64,000 nt of DNA from Nitrospinales bacterium (GCA_965223795.1 CBDCXL010000002.1:1760001-1824000); one strand, 5' to 3'. Shown: positions 40,542-51,056, numbered from the stretch's first letter. Numbers and translations: made by a program. The notes: a model not told the origin generated them from the sequence alone.

Positions 40542-41165
40542 ATGGAAAAACTATTCGACAAGCTGCCTTATGATTTTCTGCAGGGCGTGAAGCTCACTTA
40601 CATCCTCATGAGTGCCGTGGGCGTGGGGGCTTTGTTTCTTGCCATCTATTACTTCACTCTGTTCACGGCGAGTCAGGACGAGCTGGCGCAGCTGCAGCAG
40701 AAACGCACGAAAAAAGAACAGACCCTCAAAGCCTATCAGGGGCTGGTCAAAAAAAAGGAGCCGATCGCCAAGGAACTGGCACGGACCCTGGGCGAACTGG
40801 AGTTCATGAAACAGCAGCTGCCGCGTGAGGACGACATGCCGGATCTGCTGCAGAAGGTCGCCGATTTCGGCGGCGGCCGCGTTACCTTCGACGTCACCCG
40901 GTTCAAGCTCAAGGAAGGCAATGTGAAGGACTTTTACAAGAAGATTCCGGTGGAAATTCAGATGCAGGGTTCTTTCTGGGACACGCTTGATTTTCTCGAC
41001 AAAATGCAGAACCTTCTGCAGCTGGTCACTCTGACGGATTTGAAAATGAACCTGGGCAAAGCACAGGGAGGGGCCGCTTCTTCGGCAAATGGAACGCTGA
41101 TCTATACCAATTTTGTGGCGAACACCTACGCTTATATTCAGGGAGCGGAAGAAAAAGCCAAATGA
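40542..41165 (+). CDS. pilO: type IV pilus assembly protein PilO
   Basis: TM, coiled coil, QLPREDDMPDLL, FYKKIPVEIQMQG; position in operon. Confidence 0.9.
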   Translation: MEKLFDKLPYDFLQGVKLTYILMSAVGVGALFLAIYYFTLFTASQDELAQLQQKRTKKEQTLKAYQGLVKKKEPIAKELARTLGELEFMKQQLPREDDMPDLLQKVADFGGGRVTFDVTRFKLKEGNVKDFYKKIPVEIQMQGSFWDTLDFLDKMQNLLQLVTLTDLKMNLGKAQGGAASSANGTLIYTNFVANTYAYIQGAEEKAK

Positions 41166-42682
41166 TGCGTGATGCGGGAGATCGATTCATGAATTCTGGA
41201 AGAAATGCAAAAACGAAATGGTCTGTCTGGCTGCTGCTCGCGGTCTTCACGACGCCGCTGATCCTGAGCTCGGCCTTTGCCGCCAAGGCTCCTGTGAAAA
41301 GCCGCCAGGCGCAAACGAACCAGACGATCGACGAGTTGATGCAGTTGAGCGGTTTTGAAGCGTTGACCGAAAATTACGGTTCGCATTTTCTGCAGCATGG
41401 GATCACTCCCAAGAGTCTTCCGGCTGAACAGCTCATCATGCTGAGAAACATTCTCGAAAGGGTCAGCGATCCCAGTGATTTCTCCAAATCCGTATCGCAG
41501 TACATGACCAAAAATTTCCGGTCGGGCTATGGCAGGCCGCTGATGAACTGGTACCGCTCCGAACTTGGGCAAAAGATCGTCGACGGCGAGAAGCAGGTCC
41601 ACGATTCGATGTACAAGATCGATAAAGAGCAGTTCGTGGAACGTTTGAAATTTTATCCGCCGCGCGAGGAACGCCTTGAACTGATCGAAAAACTGGAAAA
41701 AACGATGGGTCTGACCGATCAGTCGCTGGATGTTTTTATGACGCTGGTGAAGGTGCTTCTGCCTCTGAACAAGAACCTGCAGGATCGCTCCACCCGTGAG
41801 GTGGTCAACGAGATCCGTCAGGAACTTTACGACCCGTTTCAGGAACAGATTTTCCGCAACATGCTGTTCGCCTACCGGGATGTTTCCGACAAAGAGCTCG
41901 GCAGCTATCTCAGGTTTGTGTCGAACGGCTCCGGACGCTGGTTCGTGCAGTCTTCCCAGAAGGGGACCAAGGTTTTTTACGGCAGGGTGGTGGTCCGGGT
42001 CGAGGATCTGTTGAATCAGATCGTCGAAGAAATGGAAACCGGTAAAGGCGAATCCGACCTGCTCAAGGAAATCGCTCCTCCGGGGCAGCGCTATCTGTTC
42101 GTCACAAAACGCGACCCCTTTGTGCCGCTGGTGGACCCGAAAGTGGGCCTCATTCAGGCCGGTGAAGACGAAGAAGCCCGTCCGGAGAACCGCAGCATCA
42201 CGGAAGAATTGAAGAATCTGCCTCCCATACCTCTGGAGGTTTACAAGAACATCAAGCGCACCAATCCGCGGCTGTATGCGGATCTTGAGAATTACGGCGA
42301 TCTGTTCGGCAGGAAAAATCCAATGTCCGAGATGGAAGACAATGAATTTTTTCAAACCGTCCAGCGCTACAAGAACCTGATCCAGACCGCCAACGAAAGC
42401 CAGGCCAGCATGATGGCCACACCGATTCAGGCGGATTACGACTCGTTGAAACTGGTGGGCGTGATCTGGAAGAACAACGAGATCCTCGCACTGGTCGAGA
42501 CTCAGGATAAAAAGGGACACACGGTGAAGGAAGGGGATCTGTTGGGACCCAACTTCGGCGTGGTGGAGTCGATCAATAAGAATCAGATTTACGTTTTGGA
42601 ACAATCCCGGGATTATCTCGGTAATATTTTATCAAGAAAGAAGGAAATTGAATTTATTCAAGTATCCCAAGAGGAGGGATGA
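41162..42682 (+). CDS. pilP: extended PilP-domain protein (start may be 41189)
   Basis: Between pilO and pilQ; RDPFVP and LKLVGVIW...ALVETQDKKGHTVKEGDLLGPNFGVV PilP motifs; large extra N-terminal helical region. Confidence 0.75.
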   Translation: MMRDAGDRFMNSGRNAKTKWSVWLLLAVFTTPLILSSAFAAKAPVKSRQAQTNQTIDELMQLSGFEALTENYGSHFLQHGITPKSLPAEQLIMLRNILERVSDPSDFSKSVSQYMTKNFRSGYGRPLMNWYRSELGQKIVDGEKQVHDSMYKIDKEQFVERLKFYPPREERLELIEKLEKTMGLTDQSLDVFMTLVKVLLPLNKNLQDRSTREVVNEIRQELYDPFQEQIFRNMLFAYRDVSDKELGSYLRFVSNGSGRWFVQSSQKGTKVFYGRVVVRVEDLLNQIVEEMETGKGESDLLKEIAPPGQRYLFVTKRDPFVPLVDPKVGLIQAGEDEEARPENRSITEELKNLPPIPLEVYKNIKRTNPRLYADLENYGDLFGRKNPMSEMEDNEFFQTVQRYKNLIQTANESQASMMATPIQADYDSLKLVGVIWKNNEILALVETQDKKGHTVKEGDLLGPNFGVVESINKNQIYVLEQSRDYLGNILSRKKEIEFIQVSQEEG

Positions 42683-42691
42683 GGAGTCATC

Positions 42692-44686
42692 GTGAATACT
42701 AATAATTTTCGAAATTTCGGGCTCATCGGGGTATTCGCCATCGGCGTGATCTGGCAAAGCGCGTTGCCTGCCGAAGGATTTGCGGGTAAATCAAACCGCG
42801 CGCAGGATGCCGCACAACACAAAAGCAATGCGAAGGGCATGCTTCACACCGCCCAGGCGATGGACTTTTCTTCCCAGGGGACAAACGGGGAAGCCACCGA
42901 TCCGTCCATGCAGGGTTCCTCTATGGGATCTTCGATGACGGGCTCCAGCGTGATGGAGGCCGACTCCGAAATCACCCAGGTCACAACGGAAGAAGGTCTG
43001 GGGGGCGAAGCGGTGATCACGATCGAATCCAGTAAAGCCATTCAGTACACCGCATTCAAATTGATGAACCCGCTGCGGCTGGTGCTGGATTTTCCCAAAA
43101 CGGGAAAAGGAACGCTGACCGACCGCATCGATGTCAACAAAGGTGTGGTGGACAGCATCCGTCCTCTTCATTTCGATGAAGCGGGTGTTTTAAGGCTTGA
43201 AATCGCACTCAACAACACGGCCGGGTACAATATCCAAAAACCGGTGAAAAACCGCATCGTCATCACCTTGAAGCAGGTGGACCAGGGCGGAACGCTGCCG
43301 GTCAACGCCGATCAAGGCACCGAGCAGGCCGAGGACGGTTCGGGCGAATCCAAGGATGCGAGCAAAGCGCTGCTTGCCGAAGATGCGGTCGATCCCTGCC
43401 TGTCTCTGCTGGGTGGAGACAAAGACAAGATCTCGCTGGATTTTCAGGACGCCGATGTGCGCAATCTGTTCCGCATCTTTTCCGAGATCAGTGGATTCAA
43501 CCTGATCCTTTCCCCGGAAGTGTCGGGGACGGTCAACATGCGGCTTCTGGATGTTCCCTGGAACGAAGCGTTCGAAATCATTCTGACCAACAGCGCGCTG
43601 GGCAAGGAATGCCTGGGCGAGAACATCATCCGCGTGGCTTCCCTGAGAACGCTGGCTTCCGAGGAAGACCAGAAAGTGGAAGACAACAAACGCAAGCGGG
43701 CGAAGGAATTGTCGGAAAAGCTCGCCGCCGAACTGGTCACCGAAGTCAAGCGGGTCAACTATGCCGATATCAAGGAAGTGGCCCTGAGCCTGGAAACCCT
43801 CAAATCCGAACGCGGTAAAATCACTGTGGATGTGAGGACCAACACTCTGGTGTTGACAGACATCCGCGAAAACGTGGATGATATGACCAATCTGGTTCAG
43901 GTTCTGGACATCCAGACTCCGCAGGTCATGATCGAAGCGCGCATCGTCGAGGTCAACAAGAGTCTCACGCAGCAGCTCGGCGTGCAGTGGGGCATCACGA
44001 GCGCGATCACCCGTGGAGGCGGCGGCCGGATCGTCAACGCATTGGATTCGCCCAACAACGGCAATGGCAGCCCGTTTCTGGTCGATCTGCTGCCCGGCGG
44101 CACGGCTTTGGCCGAAGGTGCTTTTTCCGGAATCAACCTCGGGCTGGGTGGTCTGATCGAAGGAACGGACCTGAATGTGGTTCTGACGGCGTTGGAGAAA
44201 AAAGGCGACGCGCGCATTCTGTCCAGTCCCAAAGTCACCACGCTGGATAACAAAGAAGCCCGGATCAAAAGCGGCCGGTCGATTCCCTTTCAGACCAGTT
44301 CCGCCAACGAGGGCACCAAGATCGAGTTCGTCGACGCGGATCTCAGTCTGACGGTGACGCCTCATATCACAACGGACGATTATATCTACATGGTGATCGA
44401 CGCCACAAAAAACGCGCCCAATACGGCAAACCTGATCGCGGGATTCCCGGAAATCACCACCAAGGAAGCGCACACCGAAGTGCTGGTGGAAAACGGCGAC
44501 ACCACGGTTCTGGGCGGCATCTATGAAAGCGACATCAAGCGGAACCAGGAGGCCACGCCGTTCCTGTCGAAAATCCCGTTTTTCGGCGCGCTGTTCAGAA
44601 ACATCGATGATGCGGATCAAATCGATGAACTTCTGATTTTCATCACGCCGACCGTGGTATCGAATGACCAGTCTAAAAACTTATGA
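42692..44686 (+). CDS. pilQ: type IV pilus secretin PilQ
   Basis: AMIN domain (NPLRLVLDF), ISLDFQDADVRNLF, DVRTNTLV, PQVMIEARIVEV, ELLIFITP. Confidence 0.96.
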   Translation: MNTNNFRNFGLIGVFAIGVIWQSALPAEGFAGKSNRAQDAAQHKSNAKGMLHTAQAMDFSSQGTNGEATDPSMQGSSMGSSMTGSSVMEADSEITQVTTEEGLGGEAVITIESSKAIQYTAFKLMNPLRLVLDFPKTGKGTLTDRIDVNKGVVDSIRPLHFDEAGVLRLEIALNNTAGYNIQKPVKNRIVITLKQVDQGGTLPVNADQGTEQAEDGSGESKDASKALLAEDAVDPCLSLLGGDKDKISLDFQDADVRNLFRIFSEISGFNLILSPEVSGTVNMRLLDVPWNEAFEIILTNSALGKECLGENIIRVASLRTLASEEDQKVEDNKRKRAKELSEKLAAELVTEVKRVNYADIKEVALSLETLKSERGKITVDVRTNTLVLTDIRENVDDMTNLVQVLDIQTPQVMIEARIVEVNKSLTQQLGVQWGITSAITRGGGGRIVNALDSPNNGNGSPFLVDLLPGGTALAEGAFSGINLGLGGLIEGTDLNVVLTALEKKGDARILSSPKVTTLDNKEARIKSGRSIPFQTSSANEGTKIEFVDADLSLTVTPHITTDDYIYMVIDATKNAPNTANLIAGFPEITTKEAHTEVLVENGDTTVLGGIYESDIKRNQEATPFLSKIPFFGALFRNIDDADQIDELLIFITPTVVSNDQSKNL

Positions 44687-45759
44687 AGCGGTTGACAATC
44701 GATCTGGCCGACAGAAGTTATGACATTCTGATCGGCCGGAACCTTCTGGGGCGGGTGGGCACACTCGTCTCGGAAATCCTCACCCCCAGCCAGGTTGTCG
44801 TTCTCACCCATCCCTCCATCCAGCGTCTCTACGGAAACACACTGAAAGAAAGCTTCGCGGCGCAGGGGCCCACGGTCCGCACTCTGGAAATCCCGGAGGG
44901 CGAGGCGTCCAAATCGCTCGGCCAGGCGGAGCGCATCTTCGACAAGCTGATGGAGTGGCAGTGCGACCGCAGCACCCTGCTTGTGGCGCTGGGAGGCGGC
45001 GTGATCGGCGATCTCACGGGATTCATCGCGGCGACCTACATGCGGGGCGTTCCTTTCGTGCAGATCCCCACCAGCCTGCTGGCGCAGGTGGACAGCAGCG
45101 TCGGCGGCAAAACCGCCGTCAACCACCCGCGCGGGAAAAACATGATCGGCGCGTTCTACCAGCCCAAATGCGTGGTGATCGATCTGGACTCGCTTGAGTC
45201 GCTGCCGGACAAGGAATTCAAGGCCGGCCTGGCCGAGATCATCAAGCACGGTGTGATCGAGGATGCGGATCTGTTTGCGTATCTGGAATCGAATGTGGAG
45301 GCCATCCTCGCGCATGAAACCGAGTGCCTGGAGCACATCATCGCCACTTCCTGCGAAATCAAGGCGCGGGTCGTTGAAAAGGACGAACGGGAAAGCCGCT
45401 ACCGGATGGTCCTCAATTTCGGTCATACCATCGGGCATGCGGTCGAAGCGCTGACCGGTTATTCCGGCCTGATCCACGGTGAAGCGGTGGCGATCGGCAT
45501 GGTGCAGGCGGCCAAACTTTCCCGTGTGACCGGCCACTGCTCCGACGCCGTGGTGGAGCGGATCGCCCGTCTGATCGACCGGTTCGGCCTGCCCACCCAG
45601 CTGCCTCCTTTAGATAAGGAAGCCATCATCCAGGCCTTGTACCTGGATAAAAAAACCACCCACCAGAGTCTCAGGTTCATCCTCGTCAGAGACATCGGCT
45701 CCATTGAAATCGTTGATAAAGTGGAAGAATCGAGCGTGCGGGAGGTTCTGGGCCGTTGA
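44683..45759 (+). CDS. aroB: 3-dehydroquinate synthase
   Basis: GGGVIGDLTGF, PTSLLAQVDSSVGGKT, GKNMIGAFYQP, LNFGHTIGHA, HGEAVAIGM. Confidence 0.97.
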   Translation: MKRLTIDLADRSYDILIGRNLLGRVGTLVSEILTPSQVVVLTHPSIQRLYGNTLKESFAAQGPTVRTLEIPEGEASKSLGQAERIFDKLMEWQCDRSTLLVALGGGVIGDLTGFIAATYMRGVPFVQIPTSLLAQVDSSVGGKTAVNHPRGKNMIGAFYQPKCVVIDLDSLESLPDKEFKAGLAEIIKHGVIEDADLFAYLESNVEAILAHETECLEHIIATSCEIKARVVEKDERESRYRMVLNFGHTIGHAVEALTGYSGLIHGEAVAIGMVQAAKLSRVTGHCSDAVVERIARLIDRFGLPTQLPPLDKEAIIQALYLDKKTTHQSLRFILVRDIGSIEIVDKVEESSVREVLGR

Positions 45760-45939
45760 TCGCGTAGCCGATTCCGGGTAGTCCCCAAAAAAAGTGTCAC
45801 CGCGTTGTATGATTAATTGACCAGTTTTCGGCTTTATTTTCCCCCCTGTCTCGCCCCAGTTCGCAACGTTTCCTTTTTTCTCCATAGATTAACAGTAAAT
45901 ACAAGGGGTTCTTCGATTCCCTGTGCGAAGGTGCGTTTT

Positions 45940-45955
45940 TGGTCTGCTTTTTGCT
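45940..45955 (+). promoter_or_regulatory. sigma54 promoter of the minor pilin operon
   Basis: TGGTCTGCTTTTTGCT (GG-N10-GC), IHF-like site at 45892-45911. Confidence 0.65.
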
Positions 45956-46073
45956 TTTATTATCTCTGGAAGGAACTTTTTCCTCTCCATTACCCTAACG
46001 TATAGAAATTCAAAGACCCGGAGGCCCTTTCAGGGACCGGGTTCAAAATACCGGAATTTCAAGGTGGACGCAT

Positions 46074-46649
46074 ATGAAAGGCTGGCTGCAGAACAATAAC
46101 GGATACACCCTGGTGGAACTGATCACCCTGCTGGTGATTCTCGCCATTCTGGCGTCGTGGGCGATACCCAATTATTCCAAATGGGCGGAGACCCATGAGA
46201 TCGCCGGGGAAGCCCGCAAACTCTACCTGGACCTGCAGCTTGCGAGGATCACGGCATTGAGAAACAACAACGACGTCATCGTGACCTTCAACACGGGCAC
46301 CAACAGTTACAAGATCCACAACGACACCAACAACAACGGCTCTGAGGATGGCGGCGAGGGATTGAAAAACGTCACGCTTGAGCACAACGTGCAGTTTGGA
46401 TTTTTCGGAACGTCCATCATGGACATGGATGGCAACAACGTCAACAATCCATTGTCTCTCACGAGCGGAGGCAGTGTCATCACGTTTAATTCCAGAGGTG
46501 AGGCGAGCACCGGGGGATCGATGTATCTGATACATGGCAGCGATACCTCAGTAGGCAATCACCGGTTGAAAGGAATCAGCGTCATCGAAGCCACAGGCGG
46601 CGTGGAGAACTGGGAATACGATTCCGCTCTGACTCCGCCGTGGAGCTGA
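46074..46649 (+). CDS. fimT: minor pilin FimT/FimU (GspH-like)
   Basis: Prepilin site G|YTLVEL; DLQLARITAL; ITFNSRG. Confidence 0.85.
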   Translation: MKGWLQNNNGYTLVELITLLVILAILASWAIPNYSKWAETHEIAGEARKLYLDLQLARITALRNNNDVIVTFNTGTNSYKIHNDTNNNGSEDGGEGLKNVTLEHNVQFGFFGTSIMDMDGNNVNNPLSLTSGGSVITFNSRGEASTGGSMYLIHGSDTSVGNHRLKGISVIEATGGVENWEYDSALTPPWS

Positions 46650-46676
46650 TCGACATCAACAGCGAGGAAACTCATC

Positions 46677-47204
46677 ATGAGAATCATTAAGAAATTCGCA
46701 ACCTGCGTGTTCAACAATCCGCGTGGTTTCACCATGCTCGAAGTGTTGATCTCCATGTCGATCTTTGCTGTCGGGATCCTGGGCCTCATTTCTTCGGTGA
46801 CCTCGGTCATGCACTATCAGCGCCATTCCAAGGACATGACATTGGCAACGATGCACGCCACAGCCAAACTTGAGGAGATCAAGCGGCGGGCGACCAACGA
46901 ACCGACCGGCGGCGCTTACGGCTTCAGCTATCTGGTCAAACAGGATGGCACCGGCTACACCGCGGGATACACCGGAACCAATTTCAAGAAAGAATCTTCT
47001 GACGTCATCGACGGCTACAACCGTGCCTGGTCGCTGGAGATCTATCCTGCATCAGTGCAGGGGACCCAGAGTTTCACCGACCCCGGCGGTATCAAAATGG
47101 TGGAGGCGGTCGTGACCGCGAGCTGGGTGGACGAAAAGGGCGAGACCAAGTCGGTGGAAGTGGCAACGGTGCTTCACCGCAGGCAGTTTGTGGGCGGCAG
47201 TTAA
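46677..47204 (+). CDS. pilV: minor pilin PilV
   Basis: G|FTMLEVLISMSIFAVGILG; ATAKLEEIK; VTASW. Confidence 0.85.
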   Translation: MRIIKKFATCVFNNPRGFTMLEVLISMSIFAVGILGLISSVTSVMHYQRHSKDMTLATMHATAKLEEIKRRATNEPTGGAYGFSYLVKQDGTGYTAGYTGTNFKKESSDVIDGYNRAWSLEIYPASVQGTQSFTDPGGIKMVEAVVTASWVDEKGETKSVEVATVLHRRQFVGGS

Positions 47205-47231
47205 TCCAATAAAAATACACGGAGTGTTTCC

Positions 47232-49082
47232 ATGTTCAACGCATCTTGGATCAAACAGGAACGGGGCAATACCGTCATCATATTTTTGTTCATCATGGCG
47301 ACGCTGTCCGCCATTGCCGTCGGCGCTCTGCAGGTGACGCAGCTCAATCTCGAGTCTTCCCATGCCCAGCGTAAAGGGAAAAAAGCCTATTACGCCGCAG
47401 AAGTGGGTCTGGATCTGGCGATCAACGACATCATGACCAGTTTCGAGAACTTAAGCCCTTACACGACCACCGCCGACAACGGCGGCGACGCGGAGGGTTT
47501 CCTCACGGTCAACAATTACCGCGGTCACGATGTGAAATACAAGATCACCAATCCGCAGTCCCGTTATCTTTATGAAACGGTGCAGGGAAATTCCATTCTC
47601 GTGCATTACGCATACACGTACGAAATCACCGCCATTTCAACAGGAATCGGAGACAACACCACCGAAACGCTGAACGAGCAGATCCGTATTCTGGAGACGC
47701 CTCTCGTGCAGTGGTTCGCCTTTTACGGCGGCACCGGCGGCAACGATTCCGATATGGAGATCACCCCCGGACCGGGCATGACCATCTGGGGCCGGGTGCA
47801 CACCAACGGCGATCTGTGGCTGCGTGCAGGCAGCAGCGGACAGCTGCATGTGCAGAATTACGATCCCAACGGCGGAACTCCGCTGGCGGCGCCGCATTCG
47901 CTCACCGCGGCGGGAGTGATCCGCAACTGGCACAAAGGCGGCAATTTCCAGTCCACCACGGATCCGGAAGTGAAAACCACGAACACCAGCCTGATCTGGG
48001 AGGATGAAGAACCGATCGACTCCAACATCACGCTGGATTCGGAGGAAAGCACGTACAACGATTTCGTGTTCGTCAACGAACCGGTCATCCAGGCGCCCAG
48101 CAATTCGCAGTTCGTGCGCAACGGCTTTTACGATGTGAGGGCCGGTGACCCGCAGCGCGGTGATGTGGACGGCATCCGCATCATCGGCCAGGGCGGCCTC
48201 GGCGGCGGCATCACGGTGGAAGTGTCGCGTCCCGCACCGAATACGGACGTCACCAACCTGATTTTGAATGAAGAAACTTCCGCGGGAACCGCCTACACAG
48301 GACCGGGCAGCGGCGCCGCCGGTAGTGGAATCATCGACGAAAACCTCGGTGATCTCAAAGACTGCCGGGAAGACGATGATGTGAATACCACCAATATCGA
48401 CCTGTGGGCGCTGCAGAACTGGTATCAGGCGTACCTTGCCGATCCCGCCAACGGCGGCGGTGCGCTCGGCGGATCCGGTTTTCTGATCTACGCGTCCCGT
48501 TCGCCCAACGCGGCTTTCACAAACAGCGCCGATCCCATGCAGGGCATCCGGCTCATGCAGCTCACCGGCGGCTCGTCCCGTCAACTGGTGGATGAAACGA
48601 CGTTCGCGACGGACAACCCGCTCTATGTGGACGGCGATTTCAACACCGTCAGCACCAAGGGCGCGGCGCTGATCGGCGACGCCATCAATTTTCTCGGCAA
48701 TCTCTGGGACGACGGCAAGGTCTGCGATAATTCCTTGTCCGATGCAGATGCGGGCAGCAGCGGACAAACCCAGATCACGGTTCGCGCCGCCCTGTTCGGC
48801 GGCTACAGCCCGACGACGTCCCAGGGCGGCACCTACGGCGGCGGATTGCACAATTACATGCGCTACCACGAGCGCTGGACCAGCGTCACCTCCGATTTCA
48901 AAGGCTCGCTGATCGGACTTTGGGTGAGCCAGCAGGCGACCGGAAACTGGTGTCAGGGTTCCGACTGTTATCAACCCCCCATCCGCAACTGGGGCTGGGA
49001 CACGCGGTTTGCCGATCCGGATTTTTGGCCCCCCTTCATTCCGTCTATTTTCGGTGTGGAACGGGTGGGTTTTCTTGAATGA
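47232..49082 (+). CDS. pilX: PilX-like minor pilin with large C-terminal domain (616 aa)
   Basis: ERG|NTVII leader lacking Glu5, AYYAAEVG motif, GRVHTNGD; long Gly/Asp/Thr-rich extension. Confidence 0.8.
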   Translation: MFNASWIKQERGNTVIIFLFIMATLSAIAVGALQVTQLNLESSHAQRKGKKAYYAAEVGLDLAINDIMTSFENLSPYTTTADNGGDAEGFLTVNNYRGHDVKYKITNPQSRYLYETVQGNSILVHYAYTYEITAISTGIGDNTTETLNEQIRILETPLVQWFAFYGGTGGNDSDMEITPGPGMTIWGRVHTNGDLWLRAGSSGQLHVQNYDPNGGTPLAAPHSLTAAGVIRNWHKGGNFQSTTDPEVKTTNTSLIWEDEEPIDSNITLDSEESTYNDFVFVNEPVIQAPSNSQFVRNGFYDVRAGDPQRGDVDGIRIIGQGGLGGGITVEVSRPAPNTDVTNLILNEETSAGTAYTGPGSGAAGSGIIDENLGDLKDCREDDDVNTTNIDLWALQNWYQAYLADPANGGGALGGSGFLIYASRSPNAAFTNSADPMQGIRLMQLTGGSSRQLVDETTFATDNPLYVDGDFNTVSTKGAALIGDAINFLGNLWDDGKVCDNSLSDADAGSSGQTQITVRAALFGGYSPTTSQGGTYGGGLHNYMRYHERWTSVTSDFKGSLIGLWVSQQATGNWCQGSDCYQPPIRNWGWDTRFADPDFWPPFIPSIFGVERVGFLE

Positions 49083-49105
49083 TGTCCTTCGAGGCGAGGA
49101 GAGCC

Positions 49106-50947
49106 ATGAGCGACTTTAGGAATAAACTCAAGCACCATAAAAACGAGAAGGGATTCACTCTCATCGAGCTGTTGATCGCGAGCGTCCTTTCCGTTCTCAT
49201 GATCGGTCTCATCGCGGGCGTGTTCACCTCGCAGAAGGAGACGTTCGTCCTCCAGGACCAGCTGAACTCCATGCAGACGAGCGGCCGCGCGGCGACGGAA
49301 TTTCTGTCGCGGGCGGTGGCGAACGCGGGCTACAATGTGTTCCGCGGCACCCGTTTTCTCGCCGCGTCCGATCATTACCTGACCGCGGTATACGACAAGA
49401 ACAACGACGGGGTCATCCAGAACGACGAAGTGGTGACCTACGGTCTGAGCAACGCCACGGGTTCTCCCAACGAAACCTTCAACATCGATCCGTATTTCGA
49501 TCAGGACCAGGACGGCGATGTGGAAGGCACGGAGACGGCCACGTATCCGATCAACATGACGCTGACGGCGCCGCCGTACAACATATACAAAGTGCTTCCC
49601 GATAATTCGGGGACCGGCACGACCCGGCATCTGATGGCCCGCAACATCGACAACTTGATCATCCGCTATTACGACAAAAACGGCGATATCCTGCCGGCAT
49701 CGGCGGATGCGGACGACGATGGGATTTACGACAGCGGCGCGTACACCCTCGCCATTTCGGACATGAACGAGATCCGTAAGGTGGAGGTGGAGGTTCTCGC
49801 CCGCACCAAGGACGAAGATCCGCGGGACAACATTCTGCACAGCGGCACTTATCCGGCCGGCAGCGCCGCCACACTGGGCGGCAGCAGCACGTACAACGAC
49901 GGCTACTACCGCGAATTGTTCACCGCGTACATGGCGCCGCGGAACCTGGTCATGGCCCCGTGGGGAAAAATGGACGTGGTGGCTGCGCCCGAGGACATCA
50001 ACTGCCCGAACACGACATCGACGGTCACGGCCACCCTGGTGGATTCCCAGGGCGTTCCGGTGAGCTCGGGGATCAACATCGACTTCGCCCTGAGCGGCTC
50101 GCAAACCGCCACCCTGTCTCCGACTTCGGTGGGGACCGACATCTTCGGTCAGGCGAGCACGACGGTCACTTACGACTGGTCGTCGCCCAACGCCAGCATC
50201 ACCGTGTCTGCCAGTTCGCTGATCACCTCCGGCGGCGACCAGAACCCGGTGTTCAACGCGGGGACCGTGAACTTTCAATCCGGAACCGGAACGTTCACCG
50301 ATGATTTCAACGGCGGTCTGGACCCGAACTGGGTGGAACTCGACAGTGCGGCGGACATGTTCCCGGTGGACGTCGATCCGGCGGACGGCACCGACGACGG
50401 CTATCAGATGTCGGCGACGGGCCTGACCCGTGCGGTCAACGGCTGTCAGTGGCAGAAATACGGCGTTCAGTTCGACCTGACGCCGAGCGTCGCGGACATC
50501 GACGCCCCGGCTGTGAATGTGGAAGCCATCGTCGGCGGCTATCTGCGCTATGTGGACGCCAACAACAATTACAGTGTTCTGGTTGAAAAGCAGACCTCCG
50601 CCAATTGTCTTCCCGGTGACGGCAAGGGCTGGTGCCTGAAGCTCGTCAAATGGAACGGCGTTTCCGTTACAGAACTGGCGAAGATCGGGGCGGATTTCGC
50701 CCTCGGCACCAAGTACACGATCCTGGCCGAGGTGGAAGACGACAACCTGAGAGCCAAGATCTGGCCCGCCGCCCTGGGGCCGGACCCCAATCCGGGAGTC
50801 TGGGCGTATGACGTTGGATTCCCGACGACGTACCCGATCGCCACCACCGATTCCGATTACGCCGGCGGCCAGGTCGGTTTCATCGGCGACTGGACGAACG
50901 GCGCCAACGTGGTGTTCGACGGCATCGCCGTCACGCCGATCACGTAA
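49106..50947 (+). CDS. pilW: PilW-like minor pilin with C-terminal Ig-like and beta-sandwich domains (613 aa)
   Basis: RBS AGGAG; KG|FTLIELL; ANAGY motif; Big_1-like VTATLVDSQGVPVSSG...TDIFGQA; FTDDFN...RYVDANNNY domain. Confidence 0.78.
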   Translation: MSDFRNKLKHHKNEKGFTLIELLIASVLSVLMIGLIAGVFTSQKETFVLQDQLNSMQTSGRAATEFLSRAVANAGYNVFRGTRFLAASDHYLTAVYDKNNDGVIQNDEVVTYGLSNATGSPNETFNIDPYFDQDQDGDVEGTETATYPINMTLTAPPYNIYKVLPDNSGTGTTRHLMARNIDNLIIRYYDKNGDILPASADADDDGIYDSGAYTLAISDMNEIRKVEVEVLARTKDEDPRDNILHSGTYPAGSAATLGGSSTYNDGYYRELFTAYMAPRNLVMAPWGKMDVVAAPEDINCPNTTSTVTATLVDSQGVPVSSGINIDFALSGSQTATLSPTSVGTDIFGQASTTVTYDWSSPNASITVSASSLITSGGDQNPVFNAGTVNFQSGTGTFTDDFNGGLDPNWVELDSAADMFPVDVDPADGTDDGYQMSATGLTRAVNGCQWQKYGVQFDLTPSVADIDAPAVNVEAIVGGYLRYVDANNNYSVLVEKQTSANCLPGDGKGWCLKLVKWNGVSVTELAKIGADFALGTKYTILAEVEDDNLRAKIWPAALGPDPNPGVWAYDVGFPTTYPIATTDSDYAGGQVGFIGDWTNGANVVFDGIAVTPIT

Positions 50948-50994
50948 TTTTAGCGAGCGGCCTTACGCCGCGTATATAGCGTTTGACTGGATTC

Positions 50995-51056
50995 AAAGCC
51001 CTCTCACTTCTCTCTGACCCCGATGGGTGCCGGGGGAGCGGTGAGGGGGTTTTTTA
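50995..51056 (+). terminator. rho-independent terminator after the minor pilin operon
   Basis: AAAGCCCTCTCAC...GTGAGGGGG stem followed by T7. Confidence 0.65.
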
